A DNA stretch of 64,000 nucleotides from a virus. This document shows, one piece after another, positions 55,278 through 64,000 of the stretch. The notes beneath the pieces are model-generated. The model had not been told where the DNA came from. It saw only the letters and a list, made by a program, of their open reading frames with translations, and ran no database searches. Numbering within the stretch: the first letter of the stretch is position 1; each line of letters begins with the position of its first letter. The stretch is from positions 1 to 64,000 of IMG/VR virus record IMGVR_UViG_3300023179_000039; one strand, given 5' to 3'. The translations under genes and the position numbers were made by a program.

Positions 55278-58055
55278 ATGTTATATATGCCTAAAAAACA
55301 AGAAAGTCAATTTTATTTAGGAAATCAAAATTTACCCACAACAGATGCTGTATTTGATTATGAAGCACATCCAGAATGGGTACAAGATATAGCCAGATGT
55401 AGAAAAAATATATTATATTTTGCTGAGAACTTCTTCTATATTACCAATCTAGATGAAGGTAAGATGAAAATTAAACTTCATACTTATCAAAAGCGTATTT
55501 TAAGAAGTTTACGAGATAATAGATTTGTATGTTTATTAGCAAGTCGTCAAATTGGTAAAGCACTTGCTTTAGACACCCCAATACCTACTCCAGCTGGATG
55601 GACTACTATGGGTGAATTAAAAGACGGGGACATTGTATTTGGTTTAGATGGTAAAAGATGCAAGGTTGCAAAAGCTCATGATATTTTATTAAATAGAAAT
55701 TGTTATGAAGTGTTGTTTGATAATGGTGAAAAAATAATTGCTGACGAAGATCATTTGTGGTTAACACAAACTAGAGCCGAAAGACATAAAGAGATACAAG
55801 GTAGTAAAAAGACAACTAAAGAAATTTTCAATACTTTATTAACTAAATCTAAAACAAGACAAGAACCAAATCATAGAATTCCGGTTTGTTTGAATGGTAT
55901 AGAAACGAGTAGAAATTTACTACCAATAGATCCTTATGTTCTAGGATTTTGGTTGGGCGATGGAGCTTCTGAAGGCGGTACAATAACTGTTGGTAAAAGA
56001 GATTTAGATAATGTTATCTCTATTCTTAAAAATAATCAAATGCAGTTTAACAATTTAATTGTACATAAATACAATAAAAATGCTTTTACAGTGCGCATTA
56101 CAACCAGCAAAAACGTAAAGACTGAAAGTTTAAGCACATTATTAAAGGAAAATAATTTAGTTTTTAACAAACATATACCGCAAGAGTATATGTTAAGTAG
56201 CAGAACACAAAGATTATCTTTACTGCAGGGGTTAATAGATAGTGACGGCTATATAACAAAACATGGTATAGCTCAATTTTATAATACAAATTTAAATTTA
56301 GTAAAGCAGGTAAGAGAACTTATTGAAAGTTTAGGATACAAAGTAACTTACAAAGAATTTATTCCAAAACTCAGAGGTGTTGAATGCAGTAAAGTAGGCA
56401 CATTGACTTTTACTCCTTATGAAGAGGTATGTCTTTTAGACTTTAAAAAATCTAGACTAAAGAAAATAACTAAAAAAGAAAACGTTTCTAAATTAAGAGC
56501 TCAATGGCATTACATTAAATCTATAACCCCTGTAAAATCTGTGCCCGTTAGATGTATAACTGTAGATAATGAAACAGGGACATTTTTATGTGGAAAACAG
56601 TTTATTCCAACAAGTAATACTACATTAATGACAATATATGCTTTGTGGATAGCCTGTTTTTTTGAAGACCAACGTACTCTCATTGTCGCTAATAAAGAGC
56701 AAACAGCAATTAATATTTTTAAGAGAGTTCGTTTAGCTTATGAAAAACTACCAAACTATCTTAAACCAGGAACCGTAGAATATGGGAAAACATCAATGTC
56801 TTTGGGAAACGGGTCTAGTATTGGTATTTCGACGACAAGTAGTGATGCAGGCCGAGGCGATAGCTGTAATGTTTTAATTTTGGATGAGTTAGCATTTATT
56901 GACAACCATCTTGTTGAGCAATTCTGGAGTTCAGTATACCCAATTATTTCATCGTCCAAAAAATCTAAAATATTTGTTGCATCAACGCCAAACGGAACCG
57001 GTAATCTTTTTCATGAATTATATTCTGGGGCAATAGAGGGTAAAAATGATTGGCATGCTGAAAAAGTTGATTGGTGGGAGTTTCCCGGGCGTGATGATGT
57101 CTGGAAAGAAAAAACAATTAAAACTTTAGGCAGTAGAGAAGTTTTTGATCAAGAATTTGGTAATGTATTTTTACAAGCCGGAGAAAGTGCCATCGATGAA
57201 AAACTTTTTGAAGAAATGAAAACTGAATGTATTGAACCTAATTTTATTTTTGAAGAAGGAAAATATTTGATGTGGGAAGAGCCCTCACAGGATAAAATTT
57301 ATGTCGTCGGAGTCGACATAAGCGAAGGCGTAGGAGAAGCTGCAAGTGTTGTTCAAGTTTTAGATATTACGGATTTGAGAGAAATAAAACAAGTAGCAGT
57401 TTATCATGACCGTACAATTAGCCCTTACAATTTTACAACTAAGTTACACGAAATCTTAAAGCACTGGGGATCACCTCTTGCCATGATAGAAAGAAATAAC
57501 TGCGGTGCACAGGTTGTCGATCAACTTAAAAATACTATGGGATATGAAAATATAGTTTCATATGGAATTAAATCTGGACCGGTTTCGTTTAATAAAATTG
57601 GCGTACAAGCCCATACCAACACAAAATATAAAGGTGTAATGAATATGCGGTATTGGATGTCAGAATTAAAAGTATTAAAAATTAGAGATTTAAAAACGTT
57701 AAACGAATTAAAAGGGTTTGTTCGCTATCCTAACGGCACATGGGCGGCTAAACAAGGTTCAGATAGCTGGGATGATAGAGTAATGAGTCTTATGTGGGGG
57801 CTAATGATTTTAGAAAACGGGTTAGTGGAAAAATATTTTGAAATTGTAGAGTTTGATAATAATAAAAAACCATTAAAATTAAAATCTTTAGATTATGGAA
57901 TTAAGTATTTTCTAAACCCTGCATCAATTTATAACAATGAAAAAAATGGCTTAGAAGGGTTACCACCTTTACCTATAGTAATACAACAACAAGATAATAA
58001 TGATTTTAATGAAATAGCTGATTTAGAATCACAAGGCTACCGCCGAATTCAATAA
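55278..58055 (+). CDS. gp17: Terminase large subunit gp17-like, intein-containing (start may be ATG 55287)
   Basis: SRQIGK|TT Walker A split by the intein; ANK, LDELAF, STPNG, QEF, GVDISEG, IERNN, DDRVM. Confidence 0.95.
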   Translation: MLYMPKKQESQFYLGNQNLPTTDAVFDYEAHPEWVQDIARCRKNILYFAENFFYITNLDEGKMKIKLHTYQKRILRSLRDNRFVCLLASRQIGKALALDTPIPTPAGWTTMGELKDGDIVFGLDGKRCKVAKAHDILLNRNCYEVLFDNGEKIIADEDHLWLTQTRAERHKEIQGSKKTTKEIFNTLLTKSKTRQEPNHRIPVCLNGIETSRNLLPIDPYVLGFWLGDGASEGGTITVGKRDLDNVISILKNNQMQFNNLIVHKYNKNAFTVRITTSKNVKTESLSTLLKENNLVFNKHIPQEYMLSSRTQRLSLLQGLIDSDGYITKHGIAQFYNTNLNLVKQVRELIESLGYKVTYKEFIPKLRGVECSKVGTLTFTPYEEVCLLDFKKSRLKKITKKENVSKLRAQWHYIKSITPVKSVPVRCITVDNETGTFLCGKQFIPTSNTTLMTIYALWIACFFEDQRTLIVANKEQTAINIFKRVRLAYEKLPNYLKPGTVEYGKTSMSLGNGSSIGISTTSSDAGRGDSCNVLILDELAFIDNHLVEQFWSSVYPIISSSKKSKIFVASTPNGTGNLFHELYSGAIEGKNDWHAEKVDWWEFPGRDDVWKEKTIKTLGSREVFDQEFGNVFLQAGESAIDEKLFEEMKTECIEPNFIFEEGKYLMWEEPSQDKIYVVGVDISEGVGEAASVVQVLDITDLREIKQVAVYHDRTISPYNFTTKLHEILKHWGSPLAMIERNNCGAQVVDQLKNTMGYENIVSYGIKSGPVSFNKIGVQAHTNTKYKGVMNMRYWMSELKVLKIRDLKTLNELKGFVRYPNGTWAAKQGSDSWDDRVMSLMWGLMILENGLVEKYFEIVEFDNNKKPLKLKSLDYGIKYFLNPASIYNNEKNGLEGLPPLPIVIQQQDNNDFNEIADLESQGYRRIQ
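55560..56618 (+). mobile_element. Class 3 intein (353 aa) with LAGLIDADG homing endonuclease, in the terminase Walker A motif
   Basis: Starts ALALDTPIPT; block B ADEDHLW; LGFWLGDG and LQGLIDSDG; block F VRCITVD; ends FIPTSN followed by Thr. Confidence 0.93.
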
Positions 58056-58063
58056 ATATTTTT

Positions 58064-58726
58064 ATGGCAAACTTAGTTACATACACCCAAAGCCCTTTTA
58101 ATAAGGCGCGTAAAGACAAATTTTTATTTGTCTTAAATTTACCCCCTTGCTTAAAAGACATCTCTAGAAAAACCGAACGTAGTAATCAAACAGTAATGCC
58201 TGATTCTTTACAATTTTCAGTTTTTGGTGCAATCGTACCAGAAGTAACAGTACCTTCTGTACAATTAAGATATTCCGGTCAAACTTTACACAATTCGAGT
58301 CATTCACGCGACCCCTACCCTCCCGTTACAATTAATTTTACTGTTGACAATAGATTTAATAATTACTGGATCATTTATAAATGGCTGGACCTTCTTAATA
58401 GCGCAAAGTTAAGTTATTATGATGCAAATAATTTGACAAAATCTAATATTAAGGAAACACCGGGAAATATTGATCCTCGCGAAAATTCGAATTCTGCTCT
58501 AGCTGCTGTTGGCTATGATTATCTTAAGTTTAGAGCTAACTTTTCATTGTTTGCGTTAGATGAATATGATAAAAGAATTATTGAATTTATATACAAAGAA
58601 GCGTTTCCTACAGCTATAGGAAGTATTAATTTTAACAATAGAGATGCCTCAGAATTAGAAACTTCTTTTACGTTTGAATATTCTCAGCTGGAAGTATCTC
58701 TTATTGAACAGGTAGATAGTTTGTAA
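58064..58726 (+). CDS. Tail completion / tube terminator, gp3-like
   Basis: Tube-fold pattern F.VD....NY..IYKW, F..AFPTAIG.I.F, F.YS. Confidence 0.7.
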   Translation: MANLVTYTQSPFNKARKDKFLFVLNLPPCLKDISRKTERSNQTVMPDSLQFSVFGAIVPEVTVPSVQLRYSGQTLHNSSHSRDPYPPVTINFTVDNRFNNYWIIYKWLDLLNSAKLSYYDANNLTKSNIKETPGNIDPRENSNSALAAVGYDYLKFRANFSLFALDEYDKRIIEFIYKEAFPTAIGSINFNNRDASELETSFTFEYSQLEVSLIEQVDSL

Positions 58727-58767
58727 AAAATTAAAAAGTTTTATCCAAAAAGACATAAATACTTTAT

Positions 58768-61065
58768 ATGGCACGTACAATTCAGTCACCCGGAGTTGAA
58801 ATTCAAGAAATAGATTTATCGTTGAGAAACGCTGGTGCACCATCTACCGTGGTGTTTGTTCCAGGATTTGCATCAAAAGGCCCTTCTTCAGAACCTATTA
58901 GCGTTACATCGTTATCAGAATTTGAACAGATTTTTGGTCAGCCTACCAACTCCGCTGAAAGATATTTTTATCACTCTGTAAAAGCTACTCTACAGTCACC
59001 TGCAACTCCTATTGTATATCGTCTACCTTACGGTGCCGGTGCAGGAGTAGATACAAGTGATGAATACAGTGCTTTGGTATATCCTGTTAAGACCTACTGC
59101 CCTTCCACCGGATATGTAGATACAGATTTAACAAAGCCCGATAGCGTTTACTTTTTTGGAGCTCCTACTCACTTAAAACTTACACAATCAGAATATCTTT
59201 CAATCTTAAAGGGCGATGCTTTTAGCTGGGATAGCAATACATACGGCAGAACAACATTTAATTCTGTAACAGCTCTAAGCGGCGCAGGAATGATAGTTTT
59301 AAATAAAGGACAAACAACAATCAATACAAAGTTTGAAGGTGTATATATTGGTGTTATAGATAATACAAACCTAAATCCAGCTACACCTTACAATGATGTT
59401 AATGCAGTATACAGTGTCAACAAGGAAGACAAATCAATCGAAGGATCAAACTACGTTACAATTCCTGAAGTTCGTCTTAACTTTACTCTTTCCGCTGATT
59501 CAACAGGCTTACAGGGCAGTGTATCCGAGGTATTAGAAAATATACCTACATTTGATATTTCTTCAAATCAGTTTGATGATACCGTAACAATCGGCGTCTT
59601 TAAGCTCAGACAATCAGTATTCTCACCAGATACAATTGCTCTCGATTTCGTACTACAAGAAGGTTATACAGCTTCATTCGACGCCAACCGTCAGATTAAT
59701 AGTACTAATGGCGGACCCGCTGTTAGCTACTTCATGGAAACCGCAGATCAAAATTCTACAAATATTACAACCATTATTAACCCTTATATTTCTAATAAGG
59801 GTGCAAATACATGGCTAGATGCAAATGGTGTTCCGGTTAAGAAAGTACGTTTTCTTAGCACCGGCCTTGCAACGCCTCTAGATGGTGAAACATCAACACA
59901 ATATTTAGCCCGCGTCGGTGCACCTCAGGCAACAGTACAGAGCTTACTTGCCTCACTAGGTACAACAAACGCTCTTTACGCTCTAGGTGATTATAATAGT
60001 GAAGATCTTTCTACAAAAATCATTGGTAATGTACCAGCTAAGCTTTCGATAGCTACAGAAAAGATAACAAATTCTGATCTCTATCCTTTAAATCTAACTG
60101 TAGAGGCTGGTCTCGGTACAGTGTACGTAAATTCGTTTAACCCTTCAACATACGGTTATTTTGATGATAGTGTACCTTATGATCTAGTCAATGAAACCTT
60201 AGCTATACAAAATCCTAGCACAACTTCTGATATTGTACAACAATACAACGCAGTAGTTGCACCGTTTATTAATTTAACGTTAACACGAAAAGATCATATG
60301 TTTATCGCTGATGCGATTACTAACATCTTTATACAAGGTGCTAATCTTAAGACATTAGATATTCCGGATAACACATTTTCATCTCATATTTACTGGCCCC
60401 TAAAGAATCAATTTGCTGGTGTAGATACTAGCTATGCTTGCACATTTGGTAATGTAGCTAAAGTAGCTGATCCTTCAACAAACCAACAGGTTTGGGTTCC
60501 ATTCTCTGGATTTGCTGCAGCATCAATGGCTTCAACTGATACTAACTTCCAGCCATGGTATGCACCGGCAGGCTTTACCCGTGGTATTATCAATGGCGTA
60601 GTAGATATTGGTATGTATCCTAAGCAGAAACAACGCGATCAGCTTTATCGTATTAATATTAATCCGGTAACATTCTTCCCTGCAGAAGGGTTTGTAATCT
60701 TCGGGCAGAAGACTCTTCAAAAGAAGCCAAGCGCTTTTGATCGTATTAATGTACGTAGACTGTTCTTGAATATCGAAACAGCAACTCGCGATACAGTTAA
60801 GTTCTTCTTATTTGAGCCAAACACATTGTTTACCCGTACTCAAATTATCAATAGCTTAACACCAATCTATGATAATGCTAAAAATACACAAGGTATATAT
60901 GATTATCTCTTAATTTGCGACGAACGTAATAATACGCCCGAGACTATTGATGATAATACAATTGTAATAGATGTCTATATTAAGCCTGTAAGAGCTGCAG
61001 AGTATATACTTTGTAACTTCTACTGCACAAGAACTGGTACAAACTTCCAGGAGATTGTAACTTAA
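58768..61065 (+). CDS. gp18: Tail sheath protein, gp18-like
   Basis: Motifs SPGVEIQEIDLS, PWYAPAGFTRG, RDQLY...INP, FGQKTL....SAFDRINVRRLF, FEPN, IKP. Confidence 0.96.
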   Translation: MARTIQSPGVEIQEIDLSLRNAGAPSTVVFVPGFASKGPSSEPISVTSLSEFEQIFGQPTNSAERYFYHSVKATLQSPATPIVYRLPYGAGAGVDTSDEYSALVYPVKTYCPSTGYVDTDLTKPDSVYFFGAPTHLKLTQSEYLSILKGDAFSWDSNTYGRTTFNSVTALSGAGMIVLNKGQTTINTKFEGVYIGVIDNTNLNPATPYNDVNAVYSVNKEDKSIEGSNYVTIPEVRLNFTLSADSTGLQGSVSEVLENIPTFDISSNQFDDTVTIGVFKLRQSVFSPDTIALDFVLQEGYTASFDANRQINSTNGGPAVSYFMETADQNSTNITTIINPYISNKGANTWLDANGVPVKKVRFLSTGLATPLDGETSTQYLARVGAPQATVQSLLASLGTTNALYALGDYNSEDLSTKIIGNVPAKLSIATEKITNSDLYPLNLTVEAGLGTVYVNSFNPSTYGYFDDSVPYDLVNETLAIQNPSTTSDIVQQYNAVVAPFINLTLTRKDHMFIADAITNIFIQGANLKTLDIPDNTFSSHIYWPLKNQFAGVDTSYACTFGNVAKVADPSTNQQVWVPFSGFAAASMASTDTNFQPWYAPAGFTRGIINGVVDIGMYPKQKQRDQLYRININPVTFFPAEGFVIFGQKTLQKKPSAFDRINVRRLFLNIETATRDTVKFFLFEPNTLFTRTQIINSLTPIYDNAKNTQGIYDYLLICDERNNTPETIDDNTIVIDVYIKPVRAAEYILCNFYCTRTGTNFQEIVT

Positions 61066-61069
61066 TAGA

Positions 61070-61080
61070 TAAATACTTTT
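61070..61080 (+). promoter_or_regulatory. T4-type late promoter (TAAATA-N5-ATG) of the tail tube gene; representative of about 30 sites
   Basis: TAAATA 61070-61075, CTTTT, ATG 61081. A gp55 homologue is present in the window. Confidence 0.8.
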
Positions 61081-61629
61081 ATGGCAGACGTAAATCAATT
61101 AATTACAGACTTCTACAGAGTAGCACAAAATCGCGAGTTCGCTCGTGATTATAACTTCAGAGTATTATCAATTAATACTGGAGGCGCTAGCAACGTAACA
61201 TTCGATCAAGACGATCTCGTATATGTTAAGACAGCTTCTTTACCTGCCCGTCAAATAAAAAACGTCGAAGTACCTTACATGGGATTAAACTTTAACCTTC
61301 CTGGTAATGCTACGTATCCCGGTTCTGATGCTTATGAAATGGCATTTTATGCTGATGCACAGTCTAAAATTCGTCAGAAATTTGAAACATGGTCATTAGA
61401 TATCTTTAATGACGCTAATTCAACCGGTAACTATTTTGCACCAAAGCAGACAGCTATTATTGATTTAGTTCAACTCGATAACCAGCTTAACAAAGTTGCA
61501 CAGTATCAATTAGTTGGTGTTTCAGTAAGAAATGTTGGCCCGATAAGCTATAACATTGCTGCTGGCACTGGCGAAACAATTGAATTTACCGCTACAGTTT
61601 CTTATCACTATTGGAGAAATATCGGCTAA
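61081..61629 (+). CDS. gp19: Tail tube protein, gp19-like
   Basis: Motifs ASLPA, VPYMG, IRQKFETW, VQLD, IEFTAT.SY.YW; follows the sheath gene. Confidence 0.88.
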   Translation: MADVNQLITDFYRVAQNREFARDYNFRVLSINTGGASNVTFDQDDLVYVKTASLPARQIKNVEVPYMGLNFNLPGNATYPGSDAYEMAFYADAQSKIRQKFETWSLDIFNDANSTGNYFAPKQTAIIDLVQLDNQLNKVAQYQLVGVSVRNVGPISYNIAAGTGETIEFTATVSYHYWRNIG

Positions 61630-61653
61630 TAGTGTCGGGTAATAAATAATTAG

Positions 61654-62562
61654 GTGAATAACCCGCTCACCGATGCGCTTAATGGTTTAGGTAAAAATTT
61701 TACCGGTTTATTTACAGGTACTAATCCGTCTTTTTCTCCTCAAATTACTGATCTGTTTGGGTTTAATATACCCGGAGTTCCTTTAATTAGTGTACGTGAT
61801 TATTTCCTCGTACAAATGGAATCTTGGTTTACTTCAATACCAAATTCTACACAATGGATAATTGTAATTGATAGATACCCATCATGTTTGAGCACAAGCG
61901 TTATTCAAGGTCTTGAGCGTACTGATGGTGCAAAGAAAGGGTTTAATATAGATACTGCTGCATCGATTTTAAAAAGTTTTCCTTTTCAAAAAATTATAGG
62001 TTGCTTGTTTGCACATGAGGTAACTATTCCTACCGAGCAGTTCGAAGTACAAACGGCTAATGTTAATAACAACAGAGGATTTTTACCAGGTATTTTAGGT
62101 GGTCCGAGGAGTAATGATTTTCCTTCTCTAGTAATAGATTTTCGCGAAACTAACACTTCATTTATAGATTTTGTTATAAGACCCTGGGTTATTTTAGCAT
62201 CACACTTTGGAATGGTTGCACGACCTGGTGACACAGGTAGATCACGTGATCCTAATAATGTTAAATGTAATATGACATTACTTAACTATACCCGTACAAG
62301 CGCAGGTATTTCAATGGTACCTCGAAAAGCATTTACATTTTTTAATTGTGTGCCTTATCAAGTCAGTGAACAATCTTATGACTACACAGATGAAAAATTG
62401 TTGTCATATCAAACTAGATGGACATATTCGCATTATACAGTAGAGAATAGTTTGTACTTGCCTATTGGAGACTTAGTGAATAGAATATCTCAAGGTGAAA
62501 TACCGAGAGTTACAAGCTTCCAAAACGGACTTAGTATTCCTAATCCGGTAAACTTCTTATAA
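61654..62562 (+). CDS. Tail tube-like baseplate protein (gp48/gp54-like)
   Basis: Tube-fold pattern (FRETN, PW, F.NC.P, W.Y); position after gp19. Confidence 0.55.
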   Translation: MNNPLTDALNGLGKNFTGLFTGTNPSFSPQITDLFGFNIPGVPLISVRDYFLVQMESWFTSIPNSTQWIIVIDRYPSCLSTSVIQGLERTDGAKKGFNIDTAASILKSFPFQKIIGCLFAHEVTIPTEQFEVQTANVNNNRGFLPGILGGPRSNDFPSLVIDFRETNTSFIDFVIRPWVILASHFGMVARPGDTGRSRDPNNVKCNMTLLNYTRTSAGISMVPRKAFTFFNCVPYQVSEQSYDYTDEKLLSYQTRWTYSHYTVENSLYLPIGDLVNRISQGEIPRVTSFQNGLSIPNPVNFL

Positions 62563-63401
62563 TGTCATTTCATTTAAACTTTACATCTCCAACACTAAAC
62601 AAAAATTTTAAACTTAAAGAACTAAGTTTCTCTCAATATAGGACGCTGAATAAATTTTTAATTAACAATAACAATAATCATATTTCAGAATATTTAGACA
62701 TCATACTACACGAATGTCTAGTAGAAAAAAATGAGTTCTTAGATCTTTCAAGTTTTGATAAATTTTGCGCATTGTTCTTACTTAGATGTACATGTATTTC
62801 TCCAGAAATAGAATTTTTAAAGAATAATTTAAAATCAAAAGCTTCTTTACTACCTTTTTTACAGAAATGTCTAGATTTTAAAACAGAGTTTTTTGAAACT
62901 GTTAAAGTAGATGAAAATATTGAATTAAAATTATCTTTACCGAAAATATTTTTCTTTGAAACTTATTTCGATGCAATGTATGAATCTATTGATTCTGTAT
63001 ATCACAATGGCAACCTTGTAGAATATAGCAACAAAAAAGAACTAGTAGAGATTTTACCTGCAGGGGTTCTTAATTCTTTAAAAGAGTTTAGTGAAAAAAT
63101 TACTGACGCTTTTAAGCCATTAGTTTTAAATATTGGCGTAAACGAAAAAGATCAATTTTCTTTGACACCTTATAATTTGTCGTTTTTAGAAATTTTAAAA
63201 GCACTTTTCTCTGCTAATTTAAAAAACATATTTGAACTGCAATATGTTTTAGTTAGTAAATGCAGATACAATCCTGACTATGTTGACAAAAACACATTGG
63301 CAGAAAATTTAATTCTACTAAGCGTTTATGAAGAAGAAGTAAAAAAGATTAACGAAGAACAGAGCAAATCAATTGATAAACAAAATTTAGGTAATAAATA
63401 G
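62562..63401 (+). CDS. Baseplate hub assembly protein (gp26/gp51-like)
   Basis: Pattern L..FDKF..LF.LR..CI, L.L.LP; position. Confidence 0.5.
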   Translation: MSFHLNFTSPTLNKNFKLKELSFSQYRTLNKFLINNNNNHISEYLDIILHECLVEKNEFLDLSSFDKFCALFLLRCTCISPEIEFLKNNLKSKASLLPFLQKCLDFKTEFFETVKVDENIELKLSLPKIFFFETYFDAMYESIDSVYHNGNLVEYSNKKELVEILPAGVLNSLKEFSEKITDAFKPLVLNIGVNEKDQFSLTPYNLSFLEILKALFSANLKNIFELQYVLVSKCRYNPDYVDKNTLAENLILLSVYEEEVKKINEEQSKSIDKQNLGNK

Positions 63402-63405
63402 GCTT

Positions 63406-64000
63406 ATGAGTACTTTTAATTCTGCTTTAAGTTCCTTAGAGTCACTCACAAAAATTTACGATATATTTGTACCTTCTCTTAACAAGACTGTCAAATTTAA
63501 AGGATTAACTACCAAGCAACAGAAAGAAGCTGTAAAAACCGCTCTAGATAAAAATATAACAGGAATTACTTTTTCAAACCTTTTAAATCAGGTTATTATA
63601 GAAAATTCTACAGAAAAAAACAAATATCTTCTTTCTGATAGGAGTTATATTGTTACTGCACTTCGTGTTACTTCTCTATCTAAAACCTTTACGGTAGATG
63701 AAACGGTTGTAGACCTTTCTTTTGTAAGTAACAATAAATTCGCTTTACCTGAGGATTTAAAAACAAAGGAAATAGTAGATGATAATGTAAAGATATCTGT
63801 TTCTATCCCAACCCTAGAAAAAGACACTTACGTTAATAATGAAACTCGTAAGAAATTAGCAGTACTTCCAGATAATGATAGTTTTGCCAAAGAGTCTATC
63901 GGTGAGGTTTTTGTTAATGAATTAGTAAAGTATATCGACTCTTTGACAATAATAGACGGTCAGCAGCCAACGACTATTGTTTTTAATGAACTAACTTTTG
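63406..64000 (+). CDS. Baseplate hub subunit, gp26-like (partial; runs off window end)
   Basis: Hand translation MSTFNSALSSLESLTKIYDIFVPSLNKTVKFKGLTTKQQKE...FDRSYIVTALR; TAAATA 63395-63400 lies 5 nt before ATG. Confidence 0.6.
   Translation, partial: MSTFNSALSSLESLTKIYDIFVPSLNKTVKFKGLTTKQQKEAVKTALDKNITGITFSNLLNQVIIENSTEKNKYLLSDRSYIVTALRVTSLSKTFTVDETVVDLSFVSNNKFALPEDLKTKEIVDDNVKISVSIPTLEKDTYVNNETRKKLAVLPDNDSFAKESIGEVFVNELVKYIDSLTIIDGQQPTTIVFNELTF

Noticed and set aside
2126-63827. Many short antisense or alternate-frame ORFs (e.g. 2126-2398, 7578-7862, 18593-18880, 24571-25047, 32087-32356, 54545-54757, 61986-62234, 63645-63827)
   Set aside because: Shadows of well-supported genes, with no motifs and no promoter-start signature.
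1-64000. Stop-codon reassignment (alternative genetic code), as seen in some large phages
   Set aside because: Core genes are full length in the standard code and coding density is high; TAA, TAG and TGA all end genes at expected positions.
1-64000. tRNA genes, rRNA, CRISPR array
   Set aside because: Intergenic gaps are mostly under 60 nt, and no cloverleaf or repeat-spacer pattern was seen by eye. A tRNAscan/Infernal run would be needed to exclude small RNAs.
1-64000. Naming the host or phage genus
   Set aside because: bS21 and promoter style are suggestive, but no diagnostic host-derived marker can be assigned without database searches.

Overview
This window is a 64-kb AT-rich segment of a large T4-superfamily myophage genome read in the standard genetic code. 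The host cannot be determined from this window. It carries head, neck and tail genes (gp23 5' part, gp22, gp21, gp4, gp13, gp20, gp15, gp14, gp17 with a class 3 intein, gp3-like, gp18, gp19, baseplate hub genes). It also carries replication, recombination and late-transcription genes (gp62, UvsY, UvsW, gp55, gp47, gp46, gp43, UvsX, gp41, gp32, gp45, gp61, a DinG-like helicase). Accessory content includes a dispersed 7-deazaguanine pathway (folE, queD, queE, queC, a class II amidotransferase, DUF366, no recognisable dpdA), about seven glycosyltransferase-like genes, PhoH, a GroES-like co-chaperonin and ribosomal protein bS21. Main observations from reading the DNA: (1) Most transcription units appear leaderless: the start codon sits at the predicted +1 of either a late TAAATA box (5-nt spacer, 22 cases) or a TTGnnn-N16-(-10 hexamer) promoter (6-nt spacer, 10 cases). 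(2) An 85-aa gene copies the mature N-arm of the major capsid protein (19/23 identical residues, mostly with different codons). (3) A cluster of genes carries capsid-targeting-like N-termini, including a protease, a nuclease-like protein and two nucleotidyltransferases. (4) The amidotransferase appears to start at an SD-led AUU codon. (5) One acidic protein gene contains a nested in-frame gene with its own late promoter. All product calls are motif and synteny recognition by eye, not database searches.
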